Assembly (NCBI GenBank): GCA_965223325.1
Contig: CBDCWI010000001.1
Location: forward strand, 1,216,001-1,280,000
From: Candidatus Multivoradales bacterium
GTDB taxonomy: Bacteria; Acidobacteriota; Thermoanaerobaculia; Multivoradales; Multivoraceae
Direction of reading: 5' to 3'
DNA length: 64,000 bases
Of this stretch, positions 8,266 to 17,503 are shown piece after piece. The position numbers and the translations under genes were made by a program. Under the pieces are notes generated by a model. The model worked only from the letters and a program-made list of their open reading frames with translations, made no database searches and was not told the origin of the DNA. Each line of letters starts with the position of its first letter. The stretch's first letter is position 1.

Positions 8266-10533
8266 GTGAACGGGCTCCCGCCATCGCTTTGCGCCGCCCT
8301 CTTGATGCCGCAACTGCTCACTCTTCGGCACCTGGCTTTGCCAAAAGCACCCACCCTTGGCGGTCGCTGGCCGGCGACGCTCCTAGGCGTCGCCGTCCTG
8401 GCAGTCTGCCTGGGCTGTAAAGATTCCGCACCCGAGCCGTCGGGCCAAGAGGCAAGCGCCAGGGACGCGGCGGACCCGGTTATCACGGGAGCAACCGACG
8501 AGGTCTCAACGGTTCCGGACGCCGCACCTGAAAGCGGGTTCGCGCGCGACATTGTCATCGTCAGTATCGACACGCTGCGCGCCGACGCCCCTGGCTTTTC
8601 TGGCAACGTCGAGGTCCGGACGCCGAATCTCGACCGACTGGCACGCAGGGGCCGCGTTTTTCGCCGAGCGTACGCCCACAACGTCATGACACTTCCGTCG
8701 CATACGAACATCCTCACCGGAAAGCTCCCCTGGCAACACGGTGTCCGCGACAACGCGGGCTTCACGCTGTCGCCCGACGTACCGACGGCGGCGACGGTTC
8801 TTCAGGAGGCAGGTTTCAGGACTGCGGCCTTCGTGGCAGCTTTTCCTCTCGATCGGCGCTACGGCCTCGGTCGTGGCTTCGAGGTCTACGACGATCGCTA
8901 CCCCGAGGCCTCGGCTGAAGGGTTCGCCGTCGCCGAACGTGCCGGAGATGAGGTCGTGCGAGGAGCCGTGGCGTGGTGGAAGGAGCATGCCGGAGAGCGG
9001 CGTTTCCTGCTCGTGCATCTCTATGAACCCCACGCCCCCTACACACCGCCCGCGCCGTGGGCCGGTGAGTACGCAGAAAACCCCTACCTGGGTGAAGTGG
9101 CGACGGCGGACGCCTACCTCGGGCCGCTCTTCGATGCGATTCTGGACCAGACTGGCGAGAGCTCGAGCACCACGGATTCACCGCTGGTTGTGGTGACCTC
9201 CGATCACGGCGAAGCGCTCGGCGAACACGGCGAACAGACGCACGGCCTCTTTGCCTACGAGGAAACTCTCAGGGTACCGATGTTCGTTTGGTCCAGACAT
9301 CTCACGCCCGCGGTCAGTGACCGCCCGGTTTCGCACATCGACATTCTTCCTACGATTCTTGACGCAGCAGGGGTCAAAGCACCGGTAGACCTCGCCGGTC
9401 ATTCGCTTCTGCGGGCCGGGAACTCGAAGGGTGCCCTCTACTTCGAGAACCTCAGAACCCACCTGAGCCGCGGCTGGGCGCCACTGCGCGGTGCTTTGCG
9501 CTGGCCAGACAAGTACATCGAACTCCCCATCCCGGAGCTCTACGACCTCGCACGCGACCCCGACGAACAAGACAACCTCGCGGAAAAACGCCCTGAACTC
9601 ATGCGCGAACTCGCCTCGAGCCTCAGCGCAGAGTCGTCGTGGCCACCACAGGCAGGCGCCACCAGCGCTCTTGAGGCGGCGCGCCTGCGCGCGCTCGGCT
9701 ACTTGACGGCAGATGCCACCGGCGAAGCACGCACCTTCGGGCCCGAAGATGACCCCAAGAACCTGGTCGTTCTCGACTCAAAACTGCAGGGGGTGGTGGC
9801 GGCCTTCCAGACCGGCGACCTCGAACGTGCTGAAACCCTGGCCCGCGAGGTGCACGCCGAGCGCCCGCAAATGGGCCTGGCCTGGCTGACGCTGGCCCAG
9901 GTGCTGCTCGAACGTAACCGTATCGAGCTGGCGCTGCCGTTGATGGCCGAGGCCACCCGCCGCGACATCGCACCGGTTGCACTGAGGCGCCAGTACGCGC
10001 TCACTCTCGCCGAGGTCGGGCGGGCTGAGCAGGCGGTCGCCGTACTCGAACCCCTGCGCCAGAGCGCCGACCCCGACACCCTGACGGCTCTCGGCCTGGT
10101 ACTCGCCGAGGCGGGGCAGCTCGATCGCGCAGAGCGTACGCTGCGTTCCGTCTTCTCGCGCGACGCGGAACATGCACTGGCTCTCGAGCACCTGACGCGC
10201 GTCTCGGTGCTGCGCGGCGACTGGCGAGAGGCCGAGAAGCGGGCCCGACAAACCCTCGAGCGCGACTCGGACATGGCTCTCACGTGGAACTACCTCGGCC
10301 TCGCACTCTTCAACCTCGGGCGCACCAACGAAGCGCTCGACGCCTGGCAGGCGTCGATTGACCGTGACCCAGATGACTGGGATGTGCTTTTCAACCTTGG
10401 CCTTGCTGCCGCCGGCGCCGGCCGCGCCGACCTCGCCCGCCCCGCGCTCGAACGCTTCGTTAGAGCGGCACCCTCTTCGAAGTACGCGGCAGACAAACCG
10501 CGCGCACGCCAGGCCCTTGGCCAGCTACGATAA
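8266..10533 (+). CDS. Sulfatase-like (alkaline phosphatase superfamily) hydrolase/transferase fused to TPRs; probable lipoprotein
   Basis: Motifs SIDTLRAD, TLPSHTNILTG, HLYEPH, TSDHGE, ELYDL..DP.E, LRALGY; lipobox-like CLG-C; C-terminal TPRs. Start codon uncertain. Confidence 0.88.
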   Translation: MNGLPPSLCAALLMPQLLTLRHLALPKAPTLGGRWPATLLGVAVLAVCLGCKDSAPEPSGQEASARDAADPVITGATDEVSTVPDAAPESGFARDIVIVSIDTLRADAPGFSGNVEVRTPNLDRLARRGRVFRRAYAHNVMTLPSHTNILTGKLPWQHGVRDNAGFTLSPDVPTAATVLQEAGFRTAAFVAAFPLDRRYGLGRGFEVYDDRYPEASAEGFAVAERAGDEVVRGAVAWWKEHAGERRFLLVHLYEPHAPYTPPAPWAGEYAENPYLGEVATADAYLGPLFDAILDQTGESSSTTDSPLVVVTSDHGEALGEHGEQTHGLFAYEETLRVPMFVWSRHLTPAVSDRPVSHIDILPTILDAAGVKAPVDLAGHSLLRAGNSKGALYFENLRTHLSRGWAPLRGALRWPDKYIELPIPELYDLARDPDEQDNLAEKRPELMRELASSLSAESSWPPQAGATSALEAARLRALGYLTADATGEARTFGPEDDPKNLVVLDSKLQGVVAAFQTGDLERAETLAREVHAERPQMGLAWLTLAQVLLERNRIELALPLMAEATRRDIAPVALRRQYALTLAEVGRAEQAVAVLEPLRQSADPDTLTALGLVLAEAGQLDRAERTLRSVFSRDAEHALALEHLTRVSVLRGDWREAEKRARQTLERDSDMALTWNYLGLALFNLGRTNEALDAWQASIDRDPDDWDVLFNLGLAAAGAGRADLARPALERFVRAAPSSKYAADKPRARQALGQLR

Positions 10534-10537
10534 AGCG

Positions 10538-12796
10538 ATGCCTCAGACTTCTTCCCGCAAGGGGCGCGTCGTTTCGTCCACACGCCTGCTCGCCGCGGCA
10601 TGCGCGAAGAGCGTCAAGCACCTCGGCACCTTCACTGGTGCTCTCCTGCTCCTACTCGTCATCACGGGCTGTGGCCCTGAACCATCGTCGCCCGGCACGA
10701 CCAGCGCCACCGCGGTCACCGAGAATGCCCCCGTCATCATCGTGTCGATCGACACCCTGCGCTCGGACCGGCTGCCGGCCTACGGCTACCAGCGCATCGA
10801 AACACCCGCGATTGACGCCTTTGCCGCCGACAGTACGCTGTTCGAAAACGCCTGGACTCACATGTCGCTGACCCTGCCGTCGCACGTCTCGATTCTGTCG
10901 GGCGAAATCCCCGTCGAGCACGGCGTCCGCGACAACCTCGGCTACCAGGTCGCACCGGAAACCGAACTGCTGTCTGAGTCCCTGGGAAGCAAAGGATACG
11001 AAACGGCCGGCTTCGTCTCGAGCTACGTTCTTCGTGCTGCCACCGGCATCGACCAGGGCTTTGGCACCTGGGATGACGAGGTGCCCTTTGAATCGAGTAA
11101 ACAACTCGGTGGGCTGCAGCGACCGGGTCTCGAAACCCTGGCACGCACCACGGCCTGGCTCGACGAGACACTCGCCGCCGACCCGGACCGGCCCTTCTTT
11201 CTCTTCTTCCACATCTACGAACCACACTCGCCGTACGCGCCAAGCGAACCGTTTGCTTCACGCTACGACAACCCCTACGACGCGGAGGTCGCCGAATCCG
11301 ACGACATCGTGGGGCGCCTCTTCGAAGACCTTCAGAAACGTGGCGTCTACGACGACGCGCTGATTGTGCTCTTGTCGGACCACGGTGAAGGGCTCATGGA
11401 TCATGGCGAAATGGACCACCTGATCTTCGTTTACCGCGAGGCTCTCCAGGTGCCGCTCTTGATCAAGCTCCCCCTGAACCGTGGCGCAGGCGAACGGGTG
11501 AGCGACAACGTCCAGCTGACGGACGTCTACCCCACCATTCGGGCGGCCCTGGGTCTGGAGAAGAAGCCCACTGTTGGAGTCGACCTGTTTGGCGAGCGAG
11601 ACCGCCTGACAAGCGAACGAACCGTATTCTCAGAGTCGATCTACCCACGCGTCAACTTCGGCTGGAGCGACCTGGCGTCGATGATTCGCGACCGCTTCCA
11701 CTACATCGACGCGCCGCGACCCGAGCTCTACGACCTCGCTCTAGACCCATTCGAGCGCACCAACATCGTCGGCGACCACCCCGCGCTGGTGAGCGACCTG
11801 CGCTCCGCGCTGCGCGGAATCGATCGTACGATCGAAGGGCCGGGCGAGGTCGACGCCGAGACGAAAGCCCAGCTTGCCGCTCTCGGCTACATCGGCAGCA
11901 ACGGGGGCGCCATCCCGGAGGGCGACCTCGCCGACCCGAAGGACAAGATCGAGGTCATGGGCCTTCTGCATCAGGCCGACACACTCCTCCGTCGAGCAGA
12001 CCTGCCCCGCGCCATCGCCGCCTACGAGCGTATTGTCGCGCAGGAACCCGACATGCTCCACGCCTGGAAAATGCTCGCCCGCGCCCGTCATCAGGCTGGG
12101 CAACTGGGCGGCGCGGCACAGGCGTACGAGCGCGCGCTGGCGATCTCGGGCGGCGCCCCGACGACGCTTCTCAACTTGTCGATCCTGCAGTTCGAAATGG
12201 GCGAAGTCGCCACGGCCCGCGCCGGGGCGCTACTGGCGGTCGACACGGTGCCCGCCGCACATGCTCTCCTGGCCCGCATCGCGATCGAAGAAGGCGAGTT
12301 GGAAGAGGCCGAGCGACACGTCCAGGCTGCGCGCGAGGTCCACCCCGACCCGATCGAAGCGAGCATCCTCGAGATCTCCCTTCGGAACGAGCGCGGCCAA
12401 CACCAGGAGGCGCTCGACCTCGCGACGCGCACCGAGCGCGAATTCGGTGCTCGCGCTGATCGCGAGGTGCTGCACACCTTGTTTTCTCAGAGCGGAACCG
12501 CACTCGGCAAGCTGGGCCGTTTCGAAGAGGCGAAGGCCGCCTACCAGAAAGCGATCGAAGCCTCCGACCAGGCGGTTTCGGCTTACGCGGCACTGGCTTT
12601 CCTGTTGGCGCTCGAGGGCGATGGCCCGGCAGCCGGTCGCACCCTCGAGGCGATGGTGCAGGCAAACGACAACCCTCTGGCCTACGCCGAGGCGGTCCGC
12701 ACTCTGCAAGCGATGCAGGACCCAGATTCAGCGCAGCGCCTGCTGTTGGTCGCCCGACAACGTTGGCCCGATGCCGAGGCTTTGAGACTGCGCTAA
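10538..12796 (+). CDS. Second sulfatase-like-TPR fusion; probable lipoprotein
   Basis: ATG at 10538 just after the upstream stop; lipobox ITG-C; SIDTLRSD, TLPSHVSILSG, HIYEPH, SDHGE, LAALGY; TPRs. Confidence 0.88.
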   Translation: MPQTSSRKGRVVSSTRLLAAACAKSVKHLGTFTGALLLLLVITGCGPEPSSPGTTSATAVTENAPVIIVSIDTLRSDRLPAYGYQRIETPAIDAFAADSTLFENAWTHMSLTLPSHVSILSGEIPVEHGVRDNLGYQVAPETELLSESLGSKGYETAGFVSSYVLRAATGIDQGFGTWDDEVPFESSKQLGGLQRPGLETLARTTAWLDETLAADPDRPFFLFFHIYEPHSPYAPSEPFASRYDNPYDAEVAESDDIVGRLFEDLQKRGVYDDALIVLLSDHGEGLMDHGEMDHLIFVYREALQVPLLIKLPLNRGAGERVSDNVQLTDVYPTIRAALGLEKKPTVGVDLFGERDRLTSERTVFSESIYPRVNFGWSDLASMIRDRFHYIDAPRPELYDLALDPFERTNIVGDHPALVSDLRSALRGIDRTIEGPGEVDAETKAQLAALGYIGSNGGAIPEGDLADPKDKIEVMGLLHQADTLLRRADLPRAIAAYERIVAQEPDMLHAWKMLARARHQAGQLGGAAQAYERALAISGGAPTTLLNLSILQFEMGEVATARAGALLAVDTVPAAHALLARIAIEEGELEEAERHVQAAREVHPDPIEASILEISLRNERGQHQEALDLATRTEREFGARADREVLHTLFSQSGTALGKLGRFEEAKAAYQKAIEASDQAVSAYAALAFLLALEGDGPAAGRTLEAMVQANDNPLAYAEAVRTLQAMQDPDSAQRLLLVARQRWPDAEALRLR

Positions 12797-12823
12797 CTGG
12801 CGCATTCGCACGCGGGGGCGAAG

Positions 12824-14626
12824 CTACTCGAGCCAATCGAAAGCTGGCGGCTGCTGGTTGCGATAGCGCTCGAGGCGCGCCCGCGCCTTCGCGAGTTCGG
12901 GGGCGCCGGCTCGTTCCTTCGCACTGACAACCCGCGACTGCCAGAGAACGGCATTCTCGAAGTCGCCGTTTGCAGCAAACGCCATCGCCAGAGTCTCGGC
13001 GTGAGGCAGTGACTGCTCGCGCCCGAGAACCCTCTCTGCCAGTTCGAGTGCACGGTCCGGGTCTCGTAGTTCGGCACCAGGCACCGTTGCCAGTAACCGC
13101 GCCCCGATGTGTTGGAGAGGCAGACTGTCCGGGAGTGCTTCCCTGGCGCGCTCGAGCCACGCGAGAGCCTCTTCGAACTGCGCCTGGAGGAGAAGCGAAA
13201 GCGTGCCACCGAACCAGGCACTCGCGTTGCTCGGGTTCACCCCGAGAGCGCGGTCAAAGAAGCGCACCGCCTCATCATGACGTCCAAGCCCGCCAGCGGC
13301 GCGCGCCGCCTGTAACGCCAGGTCATCGCGCTCCGGCAACAACTCGGCGGCAGCCGACAGGTGCGAGAAGCCGGCCTCGAGACCCGAACGCTCCACCACG
13401 CCACCAGCGGGATTGAGTGACAGTTCTGCAAGCGCCTCGTGCGCGGCACCCCGCAACGACACATCCTCGGCCTGGGTGAGTTTGTCGAAACGCTCACCGG
13501 CCTCCTCGACTTTGCCCGCGCTGCGCGCGAGAACGGCGAGGTTGAAGCTCGCTTCTTCGAAGTCTGGTGCAGAGTCGAGCGCGCGCTCGAAGTGCTCGCG
13601 CGCCTCTTCAGGGTTCGACTCGACCAGCATCAGGCCGAGGTTGTTGTGGGCAACGGGGTTTCCCTCATCCCCAGAAAGCACCGCACGCCAGGCCTGGGCA
13701 GCTTCATCTTGACGGCCCAGGCGGGTGAGGCTGGTGGCCAGACCGCGCAACGCCGAAGGGTGACCAGGAGCTAGCGAGAGCGCCTCGCGGTAAAACGCCA
13801 CGGCGTCCGCGAAGCGGCCCGCCGCATTGGCAATGACCGCCTCTTGAACCCGGGCAGCGGCGGAACGGGAAACACCGCGCAACGCTTCGATCAGGGGGTC
13901 GTCGAGACCCGGCCGAACCTCTCCGCGCTCCTCTAAAAGCGCCCGGGCGCGCTCTCGTTGCCCGACGCGGAGGTAGGACTGCGCGAGTGGATAGTTGACC
14001 GCCGTCACGTAGGGAGCGACGCGCCGAACGCCTTCGAAGTGCTCGATAGCCTCGTCGAAGCGCTGCTGTTCGAAAGCGATCGTCCCCAGCCCTTCGTGGC
14101 AGGCGGCGACGCTCTCGCCCCGTTCTAGAGCCTCCTCGAAGAGCACCCGGGCGCGCGCCGACTCACCGGCCTCTTGTTCGACCTGGGCCAGGCGAACCAG
14201 GGCCGCGCCGTAGAGAGGGTTGAGCTCACGCGCCTTCCCGAGTGCCGCGCGCGCCTCTGGAAAGGCGGCAACCTGCTGCGCCAGGGCGCCGAGGTAGTGC
14301 TGCCAGCGAAAGTCCTCGGGCGCCGCCCGACTGGCCAACTCGAGCGCCTCACGCGCCGGCTCGTCGTAACCGTAGGCCGCATAGGCCATACCGAGCTCAC
14401 CGTAGACATCTGCGGGTACGCCGGCGGCCTCACCGGCAGCGCTCTGCTCGACGGCGCGGTGGAGGGCGCGAAGATGATCGGCAACCTGAGGCTCTGCCGC
14501 CTCGAGATCGGGCATGGCCGGAACCTCGGTTTCGGCGCGACCCTCCACCCCTGGCGCCGGGGGGACAGGAGAGAGGGCTCCAGCCAGAACGGCGAGCGCC
14601 AGCGCGACTCTCGCTAGACCAGCCAC
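12824..14626 (-). CDS. Secreted TPR-repeat protein
   Basis: Signal peptide and many TPRs. C-terminal RLLAT...RDPDRALELAE...AETLAMAFAANGDF module is paralogous to 28968..30959. Confidence 0.88.
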   Translation of the reverse strand: MAGLARVALALAVLAGALSPVPPAPGVEGRAETEVPAMPDLEAAEPQVADHLRALHRAVEQSAAGEAAGVPADVYGELGMAYAAYGYDEPAREALELASRAAPEDFRWQHYLGALAQQVAAFPEARAALGKARELNPLYGAALVRLAQVEQEAGESARARVLFEEALERGESVAACHEGLGTIAFEQQRFDEAIEHFEGVRRVAPYVTAVNYPLAQSYLRVGQRERARALLEERGEVRPGLDDPLIEALRGVSRSAAARVQEAVIANAAGRFADAVAFYREALSLAPGHPSALRGLATSLTRLGRQDEAAQAWRAVLSGDEGNPVAHNNLGLMLVESNPEEAREHFERALDSAPDFEEASFNLAVLARSAGKVEEAGERFDKLTQAEDVSLRGAAHEALAELSLNPAGGVVERSGLEAGFSHLSAAAELLPERDDLALQAARAAGGLGRHDEAVRFFDRALGVNPSNASAWFGGTLSLLLQAQFEEALAWLERAREALPDSLPLQHIGARLLATVPGAELRDPDRALELAERVLGREQSLPHAETLAMAFAANGDFENAVLWQSRVVSAKERAGAPELAKARARLERYRNQQPPAFDWLE

Positions 14627-14627
14627 T

Positions 14628-16409
14628 TCAGCGCGAGCCCTCTGGCGGTCGCGGCTCGGCCGGTGGAAGAACGGGATGGTAGCGCCCGACGTCCAGCTTT
14701 GCCTCCCGAACGGCGCCGGAGGGCCAGCGCATGGTCACCTCGACCCGCCCCTTGGCGAGCGCTCCAAGCCCAACCAGCACCCGCGGGTCGTGGCTCGAAG
14801 CGTAACTTCCGTCGCGACGTGCACGTCGTACGATCGGGCCGCCTGGAGTGGTGACCGAAACCGTGAAACCAGCAGGCAAGACGGCATCATCCTTCCCGTC
14901 TCGCGACGCCCCGACGAAGCCGATCCAACCGGACTGGTTGGCGCGGTCGTTGCGCAGAAGCCTGAGCGGTGCGTTGTTGTTGAAGATGATCGCATCGGCG
15001 TCGCCGTCGTTGTCGAGATCGCCAACCGCCAGCCCGCGACTGACTTCTTCGTTGTCGAGCCCACCACCGGCGCGCGACGACCAGTCCTCGAACGAACAGC
15101 CGAGCGTGCCGCCGGCGATGCAAACGAAGAGTTGGTTCGTTTCACCGAGCGGGTAGGGGTGCGTGCGATCCTTCGCTTCGGCGGTATCGATCGCACCATT
15201 GACGGTGATGAGATCGAGGAGGCCGTCGTTGTCGGCGTCGATCCAGGCGGTCCCGAAGCCGGTCGACCGCACGCTCGCCGCACCTAATCCGGATGGTGCC
15301 GTGGCGTCGCGAAAGAGGCCATCACCCTCGTTGACGTAAAGCGTGTTGGTTTCCCCGCGTAGGTGAGTCAAAAAGAGATCGAGATCTCCGTCATGGTCGA
15401 AGTCGGCGGCGTCGACGCCCATGCTGGCTTCAGCAAGCCCCTTCGAGTTGAGCGCAGCGCCCGATAGGAGGCCCTCATCGACGAAGCGGCCGCTACGGTT
15501 GAGGAAGAGATGATTGGCCATCTGGTCGTTGGCCACGTAAAGATCCGTCGCCCCGTCGCCATCGAGGTCTGCGGCTATGACTCCCAGGCCGCGACTCTCG
15601 GGAGCTCCCAGCCCTACCCGATCGGCCACGTCTTCGAAGCGCCCGTCACCGAGGTTGCGATAGAGGCGATCCTGGGCACCCGGGAAGTTGAGCGGCCCGC
15701 AGTAGTCCAACTCCACCGTTTCACTCGGGCACCGTCGATGGCGAAAGAACTTGAAGTCGAGATAGTTGACGACGTAGAGATCGAGCAACCCGTCGCCATC
15801 GAAGTCCAAGGTGGTTGCGGCGACGGACCAGGACGCATCGTCCGTACCGCTCTCCTCGCTCACGTCGATGAAGGTCCCGTCTCTGCTGTTACGCAGCATC
15901 ACGTTGGCACCGAGGTTCAAGACGTAGAGATCGTCCCACCCGTCGCCGTCGAAATCGGCCGCGATGGCGCCCATCCCGTAGCCAAGAGAAGCGATTCCAG
16001 CTTCGGCAGTCACGTCATCGAACCGCAACGCGCCGGACCGCCCTGCCTCGCGCAACCGGTTCTCGAACAGGCGATCGCCTGACGCCGCCTCGGGGGGAGC
16101 CGGAACCTCGGCATCCGTCGCTTTCTTGTTCGGCCCGAGGAGATGACCTTGCACGACGAACACGTCGAGATCACCATCGCGATCGAAATCCAGCAAAGCC
16201 CCTCCTCCACCCATCACTTCGGGTAGGTACTGCTCCCCGGTCATGCCGTTCCAGTAGCTATGGACCAGCCCAACCTCGGCTGCGACCTCACTGAAGAAAG
16301 GCGCCTCCTCGGCTGATCCAGGGGCGCCCATTAGAACCACGAACCCTGCGAGAGCAGAGAGAACCCTCACGGCGCGCCAGGGGCAGTTCGGAAGAGGCGA
16401 TGCGTTCAT
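14628..16409 (-). CDS. CRTAC1/ASPIC-UnbV family FG-GAP repeat protein
   Basis: Repeated DxDxDGxxDLYV motifs, EASMGVDAAD, SRGLAVGDLDNDGD, C-terminal DGSYASSHD..GLG..WPSG. Confidence 0.92.
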   Translation of the reverse strand: MNASPLPNCPWRAVRVLSALAGFVVLMGAPGSAEEAPFFSEVAAEVGLVHSYWNGMTGEQYLPEVMGGGGALLDFDRDGDLDVFVVQGHLLGPNKKATDAEVPAPPEAASGDRLFENRLREAGRSGALRFDDVTAEAGIASLGYGMGAIAADFDGDGWDDLYVLNLGANVMLRNSRDGTFIDVSEESGTDDASWSVAATTLDFDGDGLLDLYVVNYLDFKFFRHRRCPSETVELDYCGPLNFPGAQDRLYRNLGDGRFEDVADRVGLGAPESRGLGVIAADLDGDGATDLYVANDQMANHLFLNRSGRFVDEGLLSGAALNSKGLAEASMGVDAADFDHDGDLDLFLTHLRGETNTLYVNEGDGLFRDATAPSGLGAASVRSTGFGTAWIDADNDGLLDLITVNGAIDTAEAKDRTHPYPLGETNQLFVCIAGGTLGCSFEDWSSRAGGGLDNEEVSRGLAVGDLDNDGDADAIIFNNNAPLRLLRNDRANQSGWIGFVGASRDGKDDAVLPAGFTVSVTTPGGPIVRRARRDGSYASSHDPRVLVGLGALAKGRVEVTMRWPSGAVREAKLDVGRYHPVLPPAEPRPPEGSR

Positions 16410-16420
16410 CGACAACCGAC

Positions 16421-17503
16421 TCAGAACCGCCGCGGACTCTCGAGGCCCTCTGCGCTTGTGCGGCCTTCCTCCTGGAGTCGAGTGCGGGTTTCCTCTCGCT
16501 CGACGGCGACCCGTTCTTTGAACGTTTCGAGCTCGGCCGCTGACCGTTGGTGATCTCCCAGCGCCCGCAACGCCCTGGCAAGGCCGTAGTGCGGTGCCGA
16601 GGCCCCGGGCGCGAGCTCCGCGGCGCGCTCGTAGGCCTTGACCGATCTCTCGAGCAACGCATCGCGACCCTCGCCCTCGGTCTTCATCGCGGACTCGAGG
16701 CGGACTCTTCCGAGGTCGAGCCAGAAGTCGACGCGTGAGGCGAACGCCGGTCGTGCCTGTTGGACCAGCGCCTCGAGCAAATGGCCCGCTCTTTCAGCCT
16801 TGCCCTCCCAGAGCCAGACGGCCGCCAGCAGACGCAGGGCCTCCTGGTTGCGCGTCGACACACGGAGCGGCGTCTCCTCCTCGCCGTTCAAGCTGGCGCC
16901 TCCGGGACCGATGGCCTCGAGCAGCAGAGTCTCCGCTCGGCGTGGCTGATTGTTCTCCCAGGCCACCCGCGCCAGCTCGAACAACCACTCGGGCCGGCGC
17001 GGGCCCAGCTCGAGTGCGCGTTCGAGCGGCTCACCAGCCGACTGCCAGAGTCGGTCAGCGGCCCGCGCTCGCCCCAGGTCGACGTGGTTCTCGGCTGCAT
17101 CAGGTGCGAGCGCAACGAGCTCCTCGGCAAGTAGCACGCGGTCACCCACCCGGCCCTCGCGCTCTGCCCGCTCGAGTTGTCGCTTGACCTGAACCACGGC
17201 AAGGTTGCCGCGCCCCTGTCTGGCGAGCGCACGCGACCAGCCGATCAACGCCTGAGTGCTCTCAGGATCATCGACCAGCACGCGCCGAAAGCCCGCTTCG
17301 GCCTCCTTCCAGTCATTTCTGGCCAGAGCATCCTCGGCAACAGCGAGGTCGCTCGGAGGGGTTTCTGATTGAACAGCGGCGATCGTTTCTGCCGCTCCGC
17401 TCGTGACCTGGGAGAGCGGCCCGAACACCGCGCCGATCAGAATCGTTGGAACCCCCACGGCGCCGCTGAAAGCGCGGAGGGCGGGCCGACGACTAGGACC
17501 CAT
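16421..17503 (-). CDS. TPR-repeat protein
   Basis: TPR motifs (AHYGLARAL-like, ALELGP); overlaps the upstream gene's end. Confidence 0.8.
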   Translation of the reverse strand: MGPSRRPALRAFSGAVGVPTILIGAVFGPLSQVTSGAAETIAAVQSETPPSDLAVAEDALARNDWKEAEAGFRRVLVDDPESTQALIGWSRALARQGRGNLAVVQVKRQLERAEREGRVGDRVLLAEELVALAPDAAENHVDLGRARAADRLWQSAGEPLERALELGPRRPEWLFELARVAWENNQPRRAETLLLEAIGPGGASLNGEEETPLRVSTRNQEALRLLAAVWLWEGKAERAGHLLEALVQQARPAFASRVDFWLDLGRVRLESAMKTEGEGRDALLERSVKAYERAAELAPGASAPHYGLARALRALGDHQRSAAELETFKERVAVEREETRTRLQEEGRTSAEGLESPRRF

